A stretch of DNA of 64,000 bases. Origin: an uncultured Spirochaetota bacterium (GTDB lineage: Bacteria > Spirochaetota > Brevinematia > Brevinematales > JAOACQ01). Position 1 is the first letter of the stretch; each line of letters starts with the position of its first letter. Positions 50,796-61,661 of this stretch are shown one piece after another. The stretch covers positions 1 to 64,000 of the forward strand of contig CAWIGG010000002.1 of assembly GCA_963835575.1 (NCBI GenBank). Direction: 5' to 3'. The position numbers and the translations under genes were made by a program. The notes under the pieces are model-generated. The model saw only the letters and a program-made list of their open reading frames with translations, made no database searches and had not been told where the DNA came from.

Positions 50796-52202
50796 TCAAA
50801 TCCTGAATCCCGCGCCGATACCGTAGGAAACGCCGATATTCCCCTGATCCCAGTACAGGTAAAGCGTCGGTTTCAGAATGATGAATTTCCATTCGAGCTG
50901 TCCGAATATTCCGAGGTTCGGCATATAATTTTGAATGGAAGGATCTATCTGGCGCACGGGATTTTCTGGGAAATACATATTGACCCTGCCCTGAATTCCA
51001 GCTCCGATCCGGAAATCATAGTTTATATCTCCCAGGAAGTAATAGCCGGCTTCAACGTATGGGGAAATGAAATAGACAGTGCCTGTGCTCAGGGTCGAAT
51101 AGGAAGCTCCTGCTCCGACGCCGAACCAGAAATATCTTCCCCAGAATAAATCGGCCCCTAAAGTCGCGAAGCTTCTGTCCAGCGCTATCGCCTTTATATG
51201 GAAAATCCCTGAACTTTTTTCAGAAGGCGTGACATCCCTGTTCTCGCCGTCCTTGACATAAAAAGTCTGGTTTTCAACGACGCCTTCATTGGTTTCCGTA
51301 AGCTTCAGGACATGGTTCCTTCCGGCAGGCATGTTGGTAATGATATCGTTTTCATTAACGGGTTTATTATCCAGGAATAGCTGGTAATTCTTATTCCTGT
51401 CTTTATAGGCTATGCCGTTCACCTTGACCGTGGCCAGCCCGGCATAGCTGATAGTGATCGATTTATAGCTTTTTAAATTCGCCAGGGCTTCCAGAACAAA
51501 CTTCTGGTCCCAGAGACGCTTGATCTGGACTTTGTAATCATTGTCCGGAAGGATTTTCAGGTTATAATTGAAGCCGTCATTGGTTATCGGGGAGATAAGT
51601 TTTCCATTGACATAAAGCTCGTATTGGTCCCTGCCGGTTTTGAATTTTTCAAAGAATATGTTGGCGATATTCACTTCGATGTTCAGTGCGGACTTAACGC
51701 TGTCGGAGATCATTTCGTCAATTGTATCGAAGATTTCCGCTCCGGTTGAGGCGACAAGGTATTCTTTTTTCAGGATATTGGTATTGCCGTTCCTCGAATA
51801 AATTCTTAATTCCGTTTTAATGCTGGGGTTCGCGCGTGTGCCTTTGAACTGATAATCGCCGTAGATGATGATATCCGCGTTTTCTTCTTCAGCCAGCTTT
51901 GAAACATTCTTTTCATCGGCGGTTAAATTTAACATATTTGTATCATCGGGGACGTTAACGCTGGGAATGATGCCGATGAATGTATAAAACGAATGGAAAA
52001 TGATGGCGCGGACAAGGCCTGAACTCACAAACACTCTTTCATTAGACTTGTTTTTTAAAGGCAGGATCAGGACCTTCGCTTTTTTATTTGTCTCGCTTCC
52101 GCCGGTGCTGACGCTGACCTCCTGCGCAAAGGTAAATGACGCGGCTGTAATAAGTATGAAAAATACCAGAAGTCCTTTCATAAACGCCTCCGATAAAAAC
52201 AA
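50796..52202 (-). CDS. Exported hypothetical protein with beta-rich, OM-barrel-like C-terminus
   Basis: Signal peptide (start probably 52181); ends GIGAGFRI. Confidence 0.65.
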   Translation of the reverse strand: MFLSEAFMKGLLVFFILITAASFTFAQEVSVSTGGSETNKKAKVLILPLKNKSNERVFVSSGLVRAIIFHSFYTFIGIIPSVNVPDDTNMLNLTADEKNVSKLAEEENADIIIYGDYQFKGTRANPSIKTELRIYSRNGNTNILKKEYLVASTGAEIFDTIDEMISDSVKSALNIEVNIANIFFEKFKTGRDQYELYVNGKLISPITNDGFNYNLKILPDNDYKVQIKRLWDQKFVLEALANLKSYKSITISYAGLATVKVNGIAYKDRNKNYQLFLDNKPVNENDIITNMPAGRNHVLKLTETNEGVVENQTFYVKDGENRDVTPSEKSSGIFHIKAIALDRSFATLGADLFWGRYFWFGVGAGASYSTLSTGTVYFISPYVEAGYYFLGDINYDFRIGAGIQGRVNMYFPENPVRQIDPSIQNYMPNLGIFGQLEWKFIILKPTLYLYWDQGNIGVSYGIGAGFRI

Positions 52203-52332
52203 AACAATTTTATACGGGGATCAGCGAATAAAATTCTTAATTTTTATTGACCGGAGATATCTAATTATTTATATTTTAATGTGCAGTCCTGAAAATCCAG
52301 GTTTTTGGAATTATGACTTTGTTCTGTATTTT

Positions 52333-52393
52333 GCTGTCCCTCACCATTTTGTAAGCTCCACCGGCGCAGCCTGACAAAATGGTGAGGGACAGC
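52333..52393. repeat. 20-bp perfect inverted repeat hairpin
   Basis: GCTGTCCCTCACCATTTTGT / ACAAAATGGTGAGGGACAGC. Confidence 0.8.
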
Positions 52394-52621
52394 GGCATTT
52401 TTTTAAAAAAAAAGTTTATTAAACCCGGGCACTTCCAAAAACTATAAGTTTTTTAAAGCGCCTTAAATCAATTATAAACCCTGAGAATAAAAGTTTCAAG
52501 AGTAATTTGTAATTTTCACCAAAAAAAAGTATAGTATATGAAACTTGGGAAAGAGGCTTTAATTGACCGGATTTATGGGAAAAAGTCTTATTTGCCGGAC
52601 GGAAAATTATTGGAGGAATGG

Positions 52622-53602
52622 ATGTTGACGCTTGATATAGATAAAGGAGTTCAGAAAGGGCCTGAGAAAAATCTTAATTTTGACGTGATAATTATCGGCG
52701 CCGGTCCCGCCGGACTGACCGCCGCGATTTACGCTTCGCGCGCGCTTTTGAAAACACTCGTGATTGAAAAGCTCGGTTCGGGCGGCCAGGCGGCCGTTTC
52801 CGACCTGATAGAGAATTATCCCGGCTTTCCGGACGGCATCAACGGCTTTGAGCTTTCACAGAGGATGGAACAGCAGGCCAAAAAATTCGGCGCTCTCTTT
52901 GAGAACGATGAGATAAAGTCTGTAGAAAAACCCGAGGGTTCGGATTATTTTATCATAAAGGGCGAATCGGCAGTGTACCAGGCCGGCGCCGTTCTGATTT
53001 CGACGGGGTCCAATCCGCGCCTCTTGAATGTGAAGGGCGAATCGGCCTATATGGGCAGGGGGATTTCGACCTGCGCGACATGCGACGCGGCCCTTTACAG
53101 GGAGAAGATCGTCGCAGTTGTCGGCGGCGGGGACTCGGCGATGGACGAAGGCATGTTCCTCACGCGGTTCGCGAAAAAGGTGATCATCATACACAGGCGC
53201 AACGAGCTCCGCGCGGAGAAAATACTCCGGCAGAAAGCCTTGGCAAACCCGAAAATGGAGTTTGTCTGGGACAGTGTTGTGGAAGAAGTGATGGGAGACG
53301 AGAAGATCCGCCGTGTCCTTATCAGGAATGTTAAAACAAATGAGACAAAAGAGATTGAGATCGACGGGCTTTTTATATACATCGGCCATATACCTAATAC
53401 GGCCTGGATTAAAGTGGAAAAAGACCCGGAAGGCTATATCATCACCGATGAAATGATGAAGACAAACATACCGGGAATTTTCGCGGCCGGCGACTGCCGT
53501 AAAACGCCCCTCAGGCAGATTTCAACCGCAATCAGGGACGGGGCCATAGCGGGCTGTATGGCGGAAAAGTACCTTGAAGATATAAAGTGCAAAGAAAAAT
53601 AA
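52622..53602 (+). CDS. trxB: Thioredoxin reductase
   Basis: IIGAGPAGLTAAIY, CATCD, GGGDSA, FAAGD; RBS GGAGG before 52622. Confidence 0.95.
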   Translation: MLTLDIDKGVQKGPEKNLNFDVIIIGAGPAGLTAAIYASRALLKTLVIEKLGSGGQAAVSDLIENYPGFPDGINGFELSQRMEQQAKKFGALFENDEIKSVEKPEGSDYFIIKGESAVYQAGAVLISTGSNPRLLNVKGESAYMGRGISTCATCDAALYREKIVAVVGGGDSAMDEGMFLTRFAKKVIIIHRRNELRAEKILRQKALANPKMEFVWDSVVEEVMGDEKIRRVLIRNVKTNETKEIEIDGLFIYIGHIPNTAWIKVEKDPEGYIITDEMMKTNIPGIFAAGDCRKTPLRQISTAIRDGAIAGCMAEKYLEDIKCKEK

Positions 53603-53616
53603 TACAATTCCGGGTA

Positions 53617-53853
53617 ATCCGCTAATGCACGCGAATGAAGTGGATTTTTTTTAGAAAAAGCCGTCATTGCGAGGGAAGGGATATCTGCTGTGCCGGAAGG
53701 CATTGCCCGAACCCCCGATTAGATCGGGGGCTGTCGGGACAAGAAGATTACTTTATGTACAGACAGATTGCTTCGCGCTAAAGTCAGTGGCGAAGGACAA
53801 AGCATAGTGCTCGCAAAGACGCTTTTCTGCGCATATTTGCGTGGCTTAGCGGA
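53617..53853. repeat. Cluster of REP-like palindromic elements
   Basis: TCCGCTAATGCACGCGAAT arm (also near 50770, 61497 and 61630) enclosing GTCATTGCGAG...CTCGCAAAGAC. Confidence 0.6.
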
Positions 53854-53899
53854 AGACCTGCTGATCCTGTGTAATTGGATTCAACAAATCAAGAGAATT

Positions 53900-54487
53900 T
53901 TATTTCACAATTCCGAGAAAGCCGTACATAGCCAGGGCCATCAGCGCCGCGGAGATGAAGGCGATCGGCAGGTCCTGAAAGGCCTTCGGAACTTTGGCGC
54001 GCGCGAGCCTTTCGCGCACGCCGGCCATCATCACAAGGGCCAGCGTAAAGCCCACGCCCGCGGCGAATGAAAACACGACGCTCTGGATAAAATCATATCT
54101 TTCGCGGATGACGATAAACGCGGCGCCGAGGATGGCGCAATTGGTCGTGATCAGCGGCAGGTATATCCCCAGCGAATGATAAAGGGCCGGAGTCAGTTTT
54201 TTCATAACGCTTTCCACAAGCTGGACGAACGCGGCGATCACAAAAATGAAAACGATGATCTGCAGGAATTTATCCAGTTTCCATGGGACAAGGAGATAAT
54301 AATTGACCGGGTAGATAGCGATAGTGGACATCGTCATGACAAAGATCACGGCAAAACCCATGCCGAGGGCGGAATCGAGCTTTTTCGAAACGCCGAAAAA
54401 CGGGCATAAACCCAGGAAGCGTGAAAAAATGAAGTTATTGATAAAAATGGCGCTGAACATGATCACCATCAGTTTTCCTAAGTCCAT
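53900..54487 (-). CDS. rnfA: Rnf complex subunit A
   Basis: NN....FLGLCPF.GVSKK, LPLITTNCAILG. Confidence 0.93.
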   Translation of the reverse strand: MDLGKLMVIMFSAIFINNFIFSRFLGLCPFFGVSKKLDSALGMGFAVIFVMTMSTIAIYPVNYYLLVPWKLDKFLQIIVFIFVIAAFVQLVESVMKKLTPALYHSLGIYLPLITTNCAILGAAFIVIRERYDFIQSVVFSFAAGVGFTLALVMMAGVRERLARAKVPKAFQDLPIAFISAALMALAMYGFLGIVK

Positions 54488-54519
54488 ATCTGCCTCCGGT
54501 AATTTTTAATTATGAATGA

Positions 54520-55986
54520 TCAAGCCTTTTTTCTACGGATAAAATACACACCAGTCAAAGCGATAAAGCCTGCCGCGCAGAGCCATGCGAAAAGATCGCC
54601 TGTATAAGAGTAGATTGTCCTGACGCCTTTTGTGGGCAGGTCGGCGATCATGATACTATATCCGTTTTTATAATCGCTTTTTGCCGCCTGAACCCGGCCC
54701 AGGTAGTCAGCCGCGATGGATAATCCGCTTCCAGCCGCCCGGAACATGGAAAAGCCGTTCTCCACAGCCCTGAAGACCGACATATACGAGTGAAAAGGGG
54801 TAATCTCATCCCAGTCTAAGGAAGGAATGAGGAAGATATCAGTCCGGTTTCTGCCGGCCTGCTGAATATATTGCGGAAAATCGTTATCATAACAGATGGC
54901 GGAGGAAAGCTTTCCATACGGCGTTTGAAGGTAAGGAATAACGGCGGCTCCCGGAGTAAACCTGAATGATTCGACCCCCACGAGAAGATAATGCTTGATG
55001 TATTCCCATCGCATAACACCCTCAGGGTCGAAGAGGTAAGTTTTATTCTGCGCCCTGCCGCTTAAATCTTTCTGATAGACGGAAGCCGTGACGGAAAGAT
55101 AGACTTTATTTTTGAGCGCGGCTTGACTGCAGTCTTTCAATAAAGCCGCTTCTTCATCATGGGAAATGAGAAATCCGTATTCCTGCCATACAATGATTTT
55201 AGCTCCGCTGGATGCCGCGATGGATGTCAGATCATTCAATTTCTTCATGGCCTCTTCAGGGGAGATGAAATTTTTATACTTGTAAACGTTTTTAAATTCC
55301 TCATTTCTGCTTATTTCTGTAACGGAGGCAAGCCGGATGGTTTCTGACTTCGGCTGTGAAAATACGATCCTTGTTCCGCCGTAAAGAAGGACGAGAATTA
55401 ATATTGTGGAAAAAAGCACGGCAGTCTTTTTTATTTTCTGCATGGAAAAACCGTTTTCCCAGGCCAGGTTGACAACCGGGGCGAACCAGGCTATCAGGAA
55501 AGAGAGGCCCCATATTCCTGTTACGGAAACAATCTGGATGAGAGCCATGCTGCCGTATTGGGAGTAGGCCAGGGATCCGATACTGGCCGAACCGGGAATG
55601 AAAGATTGAATGAACTCCTTGGTTGTCCAAAACAATGGAAATGCAAGCGTGGAGAGAAGTCCTTTCAAGCGCTTTGAGAAAATCCAGTCGATATAATATA
55701 CCAGAAAATTGGCCAGGCTTAGAGAGACTATCATGAAAATACTGATAAAGAGAGGGATCATTTTCAACATGGGACTAAGCATGATATAATCCGCCGCCAG
55801 AATAGCGATACCGCCGGCAAGTATACCGGGGAATGATTTCTCTGACCGCATAAAGCGCAGGATAAAAACAGGGGCAAGCCATGCCGCCGCGGGTATTGCA
55901 AGGTTAAAGTTAGAAAAGATCATCAGCACAATACCGGCCAGGAGATAAAGATAATTCTTTAATAAATCCGCGGTTTTTGCAGTCAT
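54520..55986 (-). CDS. Nitrilase-fold membrane protein (Lnt-like)
   Basis: Multiple TM helices; IVWQE, Y.KH.L, ICYD triad motifs; RAVENG. Confidence 0.75.
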   Translation of the reverse strand: MTAKTADLLKNYLYLLAGIVLMIFSNFNLAIPAAAWLAPVFILRFMRSEKSFPGILAGGIAILAADYIMLSPMLKMIPLFISIFMIVSLSLANFLVYYIDWIFSKRLKGLLSTLAFPLFWTTKEFIQSFIPGSASIGSLAYSQYGSMALIQIVSVTGIWGLSFLIAWFAPVVNLAWENGFSMQKIKKTAVLFSTILILVLLYGGTRIVFSQPKSETIRLASVTEISRNEEFKNVYKYKNFISPEEAMKKLNDLTSIAASSGAKIIVWQEYGFLISHDEEAALLKDCSQAALKNKVYLSVTASVYQKDLSGRAQNKTYLFDPEGVMRWEYIKHYLLVGVESFRFTPGAAVIPYLQTPYGKLSSAICYDNDFPQYIQQAGRNRTDIFLIPSLDWDEITPFHSYMSVFRAVENGFSMFRAAGSGLSIAADYLGRVQAAKSDYKNGYSIMIADLPTKGVRTIYSYTGDLFAWLCAAGFIALTGVYFIRRKKA

Positions 55987-56041
55987 TTTATAATCCTCAT
56001 TTACAATTTATTCTTTTATCTGATCAATAATGCCGGGGCTT

Positions 56042-56755
56042 TTATTCCGCTGTTTTTTTCTCCTCAAGGGCCCGCATTTTGATTTTACTTTCCTTTTCCC
56101 GGCGCTTGATTTTCAAGCGCTGTAAGAAAGCGAGCAGAAGCCCCATAACGATAAAACCGCCGGGCGGCATCATCATGACGACTGCCGATTTCGGCAGAAT
56201 GTTCTGCCGGCTTAAATCGGGCAGTGCCTGCCGGATATACGCGCCTATGTCGAATACAGGGCCTACGCCCGCCAGCCGCAGGGTGATTGTTCCATTCCCG
56301 GCCACTTCACGGATCGCTCCGATAAGCGTGAGGGCCAGCGTAAAGCCGATCCCCATCCCGATACCGTCCAGTACGGAGTCCATAATGGTGTTTTTTGCGG
56401 CGAACGCCTCGGCGCGTCCGAGGATGATGCAGTTAACGACGATCAGGGGAATGAAGATACCGAGCGCCCTGTTCAGATCCGGTGTGAACGCCTCCATAAA
56501 AATCTGAACGATTGTGACGAATGAGGCTATCACGATTATATAGCAGGGTATCCGCACTTCATTCGGGATAAAATTTCTTAAAAGCGATATAAAGAGATTT
56601 GAAAAAGTCAGGACGAAAATAACGGCCAGGCCCATGCCCAGGCCGTTGATCGTCAGGTTTGTTACCGCAAGGGTGGGGCAGAGCCCGAGCACGATCACGA
56701 ATATGGGATTTTCCTTGAAAATGCCTTTTGTCAATTCTTTCCAATTTATTTTCAT
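56042..56755 (-). CDS. rnfE: Rnf complex subunit E
   Basis: ENP....LGLCPTLAVT, IPLIVVNCIILGRAEAFA. Confidence 0.93.
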   Translation of the reverse strand: MKINWKELTKGIFKENPIFVIVLGLCPTLAVTNLTINGLGMGLAVIFVLTFSNLFISLLRNFIPNEVRIPCYIIVIASFVTIVQIFMEAFTPDLNRALGIFIPLIVVNCIILGRAEAFAAKNTIMDSVLDGIGMGIGFTLALTLIGAIREVAGNGTITLRLAGVGPVFDIGAYIRQALPDLSRQNILPKSAVVMMMPPGGFIVMGLLLAFLQRLKIKRREKESKIKMRALEEKKTAE

Positions 56756-57351
56756 CGCGGCTTCTCCTCTACTGAGGCTGATGTATCCGCGTCCGTATTC
56801 GAGAGTTCCGTATGATTGATGATGCTGTTGTACAGCGCGAAGGATTTGCGGATGTCATTCGCCACGGCCATGGATGTGAGCGTCGCGCCGGTTATAGCGT
56901 CCAGGCCTTTATTTTTAAAATCCTCTTTTGACGCCGGGATCCCGCCTGCCGTCAGGCCTTTGAATTGCTTGAGCCATGAATCTTCTTTTGTCTTTGTTCC
57001 CAGTCCCGGTGTTTCGGCCGGCATGCTGAGAATAAAAACGGAGTCGACCGCGCCGTTGGTGATGCCGGTGAGGGTTTCGATCATCCCGCCGTAACCCAAA
57101 CTTCTTTCCTTAAAAATATAGCCGGCCATATTGCGCGACGCGTCATACGCCACGTAGTATTCTCTGCCGGAATTTGTCAGGAGGACAAAACTGGTGGCCG
57201 GTCCGATCGCGTTGGTAAGGGCGTTCTTTTCATCCTTCATCCGGACTTCCGCCAGCTTATTTTCAAGCAGCTGGTAGGTAAGCCCCATGGCCAGGCCGGC
57301 GCAGGTCGCGATAACGACCAGAGGATATATGATTTTAAAAAAATATTTCAT
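56752..57351 (-). CDS. rnfG: Rnf complex subunit G
   Basis: GYGG, ETPGLG, DAITGATLTS FMN-attachment motif. Confidence 0.9.
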   Translation of the reverse strand: MKYFFKIIYPLVVIATCAGLAMGLTYQLLENKLAEVRMKDEKNALTNAIGPATSFVLLTNSGREYYVAYDASRNMAGYIFKERSLGYGGMIETLTGITNGAVDSVFILSMPAETPGLGTKTKEDSWLKQFKGLTAGGIPASKEDFKNKGLDAITGATLTSMAVANDIRKSFALYNSIINHTELSNTDADTSASVEEKPR

Positions 57352-58407
57352 GCCCCGGCCCCCGGATTTCTCGTTTTACTATACCCGTAAATCCTGTCTT
57401 TGACATAACGGTCGATCAGCGGGACAAATATATTCATAAAGACAATGGCGTAACTGACGCCCTCGGGATAACCGCCCCATAAGCGGATGATGACGGTCAA
57501 TACTCCCAGGCAGACGGCGAAAATGATCTTGCCCTTAAGCCCGATGGGAGATGTGACATAGTCTGTTGCCATAAAGCAGGCGCCCAGAAAAAGCCCGCCG
57601 GATAGTATATGATAAAGCGCGTTGCCTGTAAAAAGCCCGGTGCCCAGCGGAAGACCGCCGAATACCCATGCGAGGAGGGCGGCCGTCCCGATATAAATGA
57701 CCGGTATGACAGGAACGATGACGCCTCTCACAACCAGATAAATTAATCCGATCAGGATGGCCAGTTTTGATGTTTCGCCGATGCATCCGGGAATATCGCC
57801 TATAAAGAGGTTCCAGTAATTATCGAATTTCATGGAATGGACAGCCTGCCATCCGCCGGTCTTTAATGTATTCAGCGGCGAAGCTGTGCTGACGGCGTCC
57901 AGGATTTTCTGTGAAGCTGTTGCGAAGTTAAACCATGGATTCACGATCCCGCGTATGGTGGGCGACCAGTTCCCGACCATCACATTGGTCCACGCGGCCA
58001 GGACGAAAATACGCCCGCCAAGGGCGGGGTTCATAAAGTTATAGCCCAGACCTCCGAAGGCCCATTTCACTATCGCGATGGAAAAAGCGCTGCCGGCGGC
58101 TACGACATACCAGGGGCAGGACGGCGGCATATTATAGGCGAATAAAAGCGATGTGATGACGGCGCTGCCGTTCAGGATCGTGATACCGCTTCTGGTGAAT
58201 AAGTTCATCAGGAGCTCGGTTAAAACTCCCGTAATGAGGCTTATAGCCATGATATTAATAGCGTTCATGCCCGAAGAAATAAACCGCGGCAAGACCCGAT
58301 GGAATAAGCGCTATGACCACGTCCCACATGATCTTTTCGATACTCTTCGGGCCATGAATATGCGGTGAAAAAAGAACTGAGCCGGCCTTGCCTTGCGCCC
58401 TGGCCAT
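57348..58407 (-). pseudogene. rnfD: Rnf subunit D with a +1 frameshift (possible sequencing error)
   Basis: SPHIH...IMWDVVIALIP in one frame; FGGLG.N..NPA, DAVSTASPL, GETS in another; extra C in CCC at 58270-58272. Confidence 0.8.
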
Positions 58408-58421
58408 CAAACACCTCCAAG

Positions 58422-58540
58422 ACACCGTTGCAATCAATATAGAGCAACTTTTTTGTGCGGAACCCGGCTGTGACTCCCGAAAGTCTATCTTTGCCGGGGG
58501 AAGAGCACAAAAATTAGTTGCTCTTTGATTGCAACGGTGT
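58422..58540. repeat. MITE-like inverted repeat between rnfC and rnfD
   Basis: ACACCGTTGCAATCAA..AGAGCAACT / AGTTGCTCT-TTGATTGCAACGGTGT. Confidence 0.65.
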
Positions 58541-58576
58541 TTCAATTAATTTATTACAATTCTATCCAAACTAGTG

Positions 58577-59917
58577 TTAAGTCAGATTCTTGCCTTGTTT
58601 CCTCTTCCAGAATTCCTTTCCGTAGCGGATCAGCCCGACGATCGGAATGGATGACGGACAGACATAAGCGCAGCAGCCGCATTCGATGCAGTCCAGAAGC
58701 CCCATTTCATTAACGGCCTCTTCCACCAGCAATTGGTCGCAGAGCTTGGCGAGTTCCGTCGGCTGAAGCTTTATCGGGCAGACAAAGAGGCAGTATGAAC
58801 AGCGGATGCATGTTTTATTTTTGACTTTATAATCCTTTGCTTTTGGAATGATAATCAAGCCGGTCGTCCCTTTGATGACAGGCATGTTCAAGTCAGCGAC
58901 TTCTGTGCCCATCATCAGGCCTCCGGCCGCCATTGCCCCGAATTTATCAGGAATTCCGAATTCCTCGATGATATGGGTAATAGGAGTACCGATCTTGACT
59001 TTATAATTACCGCGGTTTTTTAAATTATCGCCCGTATAGGTGATGCCGCGTTCGATCAACGGCTTATGATAGACAACGGCCTCGTAAACAGCGAAAACAG
59101 TCGAGACGTTTTCCACCAGGACGCCGATATCGATGGGAAGCCCTTTTGACGGCACTTCCTTTTCCAGCAGGGCTTCTATCAGCTGTTTCTCACCGCCCTG
59201 GGGATATTTTGACCGCACAACTTCCACGCGGACGGACGGATCGCCGGCAAGCTTTCCGGCGAATAATTCCGCGGCGTCCAGTTTATTGTCCTCAATAGCG
59301 ATAATGACTTCTTTGACCGGCAGTATTTTCATGACAATGCGGGCCCCTTCCAGGATTTCGTCGGTTTTATCCAGCATCATCCTGTGGTCGATTGTCAGGT
59401 ACGGCTCGCATTCGGCGCCGTTAATAATCAGGGTGTTTATTTTTTTATCCGGGGGAGGCGAAAGTTTGACATGGGTCGGGAAACAGGCCCCGCCGAGGCC
59501 CACGACGCCCGCCTTTTTAATTTCCTGAATCAGCTGTTCGGGAGATAAACCGGAATAGGGGAATTTTTTTTCATACCAGTTTTTGATGGTGCCGCCCGTT
59601 TCAATTGTGACGATGTCAACATTCCTGGCGGTAAAGGTGTTTCCCTTTTCCACGGAAACTACTTTTCCTGAAACGCTGGCATGGATATTGGCTGAAATAA
59701 ACCCGGAGGCCTCGCCGATCAGCTGGCCTTCTTCCACAACCTGGCCCGCCTTAACAAGCGTCTTTGCCGGGGCGCCGGTGTGCTGGGACATCGGAATCCT
59801 GACCAGCCTCGGCATATGGGATTTGATGATGGGCTCCGCCGCGGTCAGCTTGGCTTCGTCGGGACGGACCCCGCCGGAAGCGAAGGATTTTTTTTTAAAT
59901 TCCATTGAAAACCCCAT
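58577..59917 (-). CDS. rnfC: Rnf complex subunit C
   Basis: QHTGAPA, GLGGACFPTHVK, NGAECEPYLT.D, two CxxCxxCxxxCP motifs. Confidence 0.95.
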   Translation of the reverse strand: MGFSMEFKKKSFASGGVRPDEAKLTAAEPIIKSHMPRLVRIPMSQHTGAPAKTLVKAGQVVEEGQLIGEASGFISANIHASVSGKVVSVEKGNTFTARNVDIVTIETGGTIKNWYEKKFPYSGLSPEQLIQEIKKAGVVGLGGACFPTHVKLSPPPDKKINTLIINGAECEPYLTIDHRMMLDKTDEILEGARIVMKILPVKEVIIAIEDNKLDAAELFAGKLAGDPSVRVEVVRSKYPQGGEKQLIEALLEKEVPSKGLPIDIGVLVENVSTVFAVYEAVVYHKPLIERGITYTGDNLKNRGNYKVKIGTPITHIIEEFGIPDKFGAMAAGGLMMGTEVADLNMPVIKGTTGLIIIPKAKDYKVKNKTCIRCSYCLFVCPIKLQPTELAKLCDQLLVEEAVNEMGLLDCIECGCCAYVCPSSIPIVGLIRYGKEFWKRKQGKNLT

Positions 59918-60028
59918 AGGATGCGGATTGGATCATGTTGATTTTTTTATCCCTTATGTTAGTTTAAAAAAACCATTTAGTCAATTAATAGGAATGACAC
60001 ACATTCAAACAACATTCAAAGTAATAAA

Positions 60029-60057
60029 TTGACAAAAAGCGCTTCGCTCTTTAAAAT
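60029..60057 (+). promoter_or_regulatory. Sigma70 promoter for tRNA-Thr
   Basis: TTGACA-17-TAAAAT. Confidence 0.7.
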
Positions 60058-60154
60058 TTTTATCCTGTTTAATGCCAATACGAGTGTTTTTTAGCAACAG
60101 CTTATTAATAGGCAATTACTTATGCTTTAAATAAAAAAAAACGCTCATTTAAAT

Positions 60155-60227
60155 GCCACTTTAGCTCAATTGGTAGAGCAGCTGATTTGTAATCAGCAGG
60201 TTGTGGGTTCAAGTCCCACAGGTGGCT
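60155..60227 (+). tRNA. tRNA-Thr(UGU)
   Basis: Cloverleaf, anticodon arm GCTGA-TTTGTAA-TCAGC, TTCAA T-loop; no encoded CCA. Confidence 0.95.
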
Positions 60228-60232
60228 GATTT

Positions 60233-60261
60233 TTGACAGAGTATAGAAAATAAGATAGAAT
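60233..60261 (+). promoter_or_regulatory. Sigma70 promoter for tRNA-Phe
   Basis: TTGACA-17-TAGAAT. Confidence 0.7.
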
Positions 60262-60277
60262 ACTTTCACTTAAAATT

Positions 60278-60350
<73 letters not shown>

Positions 60351-60487
60351 TTTTAATTAAGAATATTTCCAAAAACCTTTGGTTTTTGGAAATATTCCGA
60401 TTATAATGATTTTTGTATATTTAAATGCGCTGCTGCGGGGAGTTCGCAACCTGTAGTGTTCCTCGACAGGCTTGGTTGGTGAGCTTG

Positions 60488-60586
60488 CAGACTGTGTGAA
60501 AACTATTTTTCGCCACGTATTTATTGAAGTTACGGAACGAAAAATATAGAATTACGATGCAAAACACCGATTTTTCACACAGTCTG
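60488..60586. mobile_element. 99-bp MITE inside a larger palindromic element
   Basis: 15-bp IR CAGACTGTGTGAAAA / TTTTCACACAGTCTG; TTG on both flanks. Confidence 0.6.
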
Positions 60587-60698
60587 TTGCCGAACCACGG
60601 GGACCAAGCCTGTCGAACCAAGCGAACTCAGCAGCTGCAAAATTCGGAACAATGGCGTCGGCATTAACCGGGCCAGAGCCGTAAGGAGAAAATAAACT

Positions 60699-60842
60699 AT
60701 GAAAAGGACTTATCAACCCAGTAATGTTAAAAGGGCGAGAACGCATGGATTCCGGAGCAGAATGAAAACTAAAGACGGAAGACAAATTTTAAGCCGCCGG
60801 AGAGCAAAAGGCAGGAAGAAACTGACCGTTTCTGATGAATAA
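60699..60842 (+). CDS. rpmH: 50S ribosomal protein L34
   Basis: Read by hand: [47 protein letters not shown]. Confidence 0.97.
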   Translation: MKRTYQPSNVKRARTHGFRSRMKTKDGRQILSRRRAKGRKKLTVSDE

Positions 60843-61191
60843 ACCCTTCTCATTCACAAAAGAGAACCATCTCAGGAAAAGGTCTGACTTTCAGGCTGTA
60901 TATGAAAAGGGAAAGCAATTCAAGTCTTCTTTTTATGCCTCCTACTATCTGCCTTCGGCGGAATTGAGGCTGGGCATAGCCGTCCCGAAAAGGTTCGGCA
61001 ATGCCGTTTTCAGGAACAGGGAAAAAAGGATCATCCGCGAATTTTTCAGGAAAGAAAAAGCCGAGATACTTATGCCTCTTGATATTGTTCTTGTCTTGAT
61101 TAAAAAGCCGCCCGACAGGGCTTCCCGGCAGGGCGACTTGAAGAGGATCATTCAATGCCTTTCTCAATTAAAACCGCCTTCAGGAAAGTAG
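60835..61191 (+). CDS. rnpA: RNase P protein component
   Basis: [21 protein letters not shown]; follows rpmH. Confidence 0.92.
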   Translation: MNKPFSFTKENHLRKRSDFQAVYEKGKQFKSSFYASYYLPSAELRLGIAVPKRFGNAVFRNREKRIIREFFRKEKAEILMPLDIVLVLIKKPPDRASRQGDLKRIIQCLSQLKPPSGK

Positions 61192-61442
61192 CCGCTTTTC
61201 CATTTATACTTTATAAAAAAATAATTTCCCCTCTGCTTCCAAAGGCATGCCTCTATGAGCCGAGCTGTTCGGTATACTTCAAGGAATCGATATTGCGGTT
61301 CGGTATTTTCAAGGGATTTGTTCTTGGGACAGCCAGACTTATCCGCTGCAACGGCTGGTTTTTTGAAGGCGGTGATGATCCCGTGCCGGAACAATTCAGC
61401 TGGAAGTATATAAAGGAATCTTACAAAAAATTCAGGAAATAA
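61155..61442 (+). CDS. yidD: Membrane protein insertion efficiency factor
   Basis: YKKIISP...CLYEPSCS.Y...RLIRCN...GG.DPVP. Confidence 0.9.
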   Translation: MPFSIKTAFRKVAAFPFILYKKIISPLLPKACLYEPSCSVYFKESILRFGIFKGFVLGTARLIRCNGWFFEGGDDPVPEQFSWKYIKESYKKFRK

Positions 61443-61661
61443 TTCGTGGATATTCCAAAAACCGGAATTTTATTATTGGTACTGCACATCGGAAAATCCG
61501 CTAATGCACGCGAATAGACGCGAAAGGAATCGGGAATTAATAAAGCAAATAAAAATAAATAGGAAAAAAGAATCAGTGAACCTATCAGAATTCGAGAAAA
61601 TCATGAAACAAGTTTAAATTAGCGTGTCTTCGCGTGGCTTAGCGGAAGATTTTTTGAATTT

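Noticed and set aside
60427..60690. 6S or SRP RNA call
   Set aside because: No SRP GGAA-loop motif was seen and the pairing is explained by repeat elements; it cannot be supported without a covariance search.
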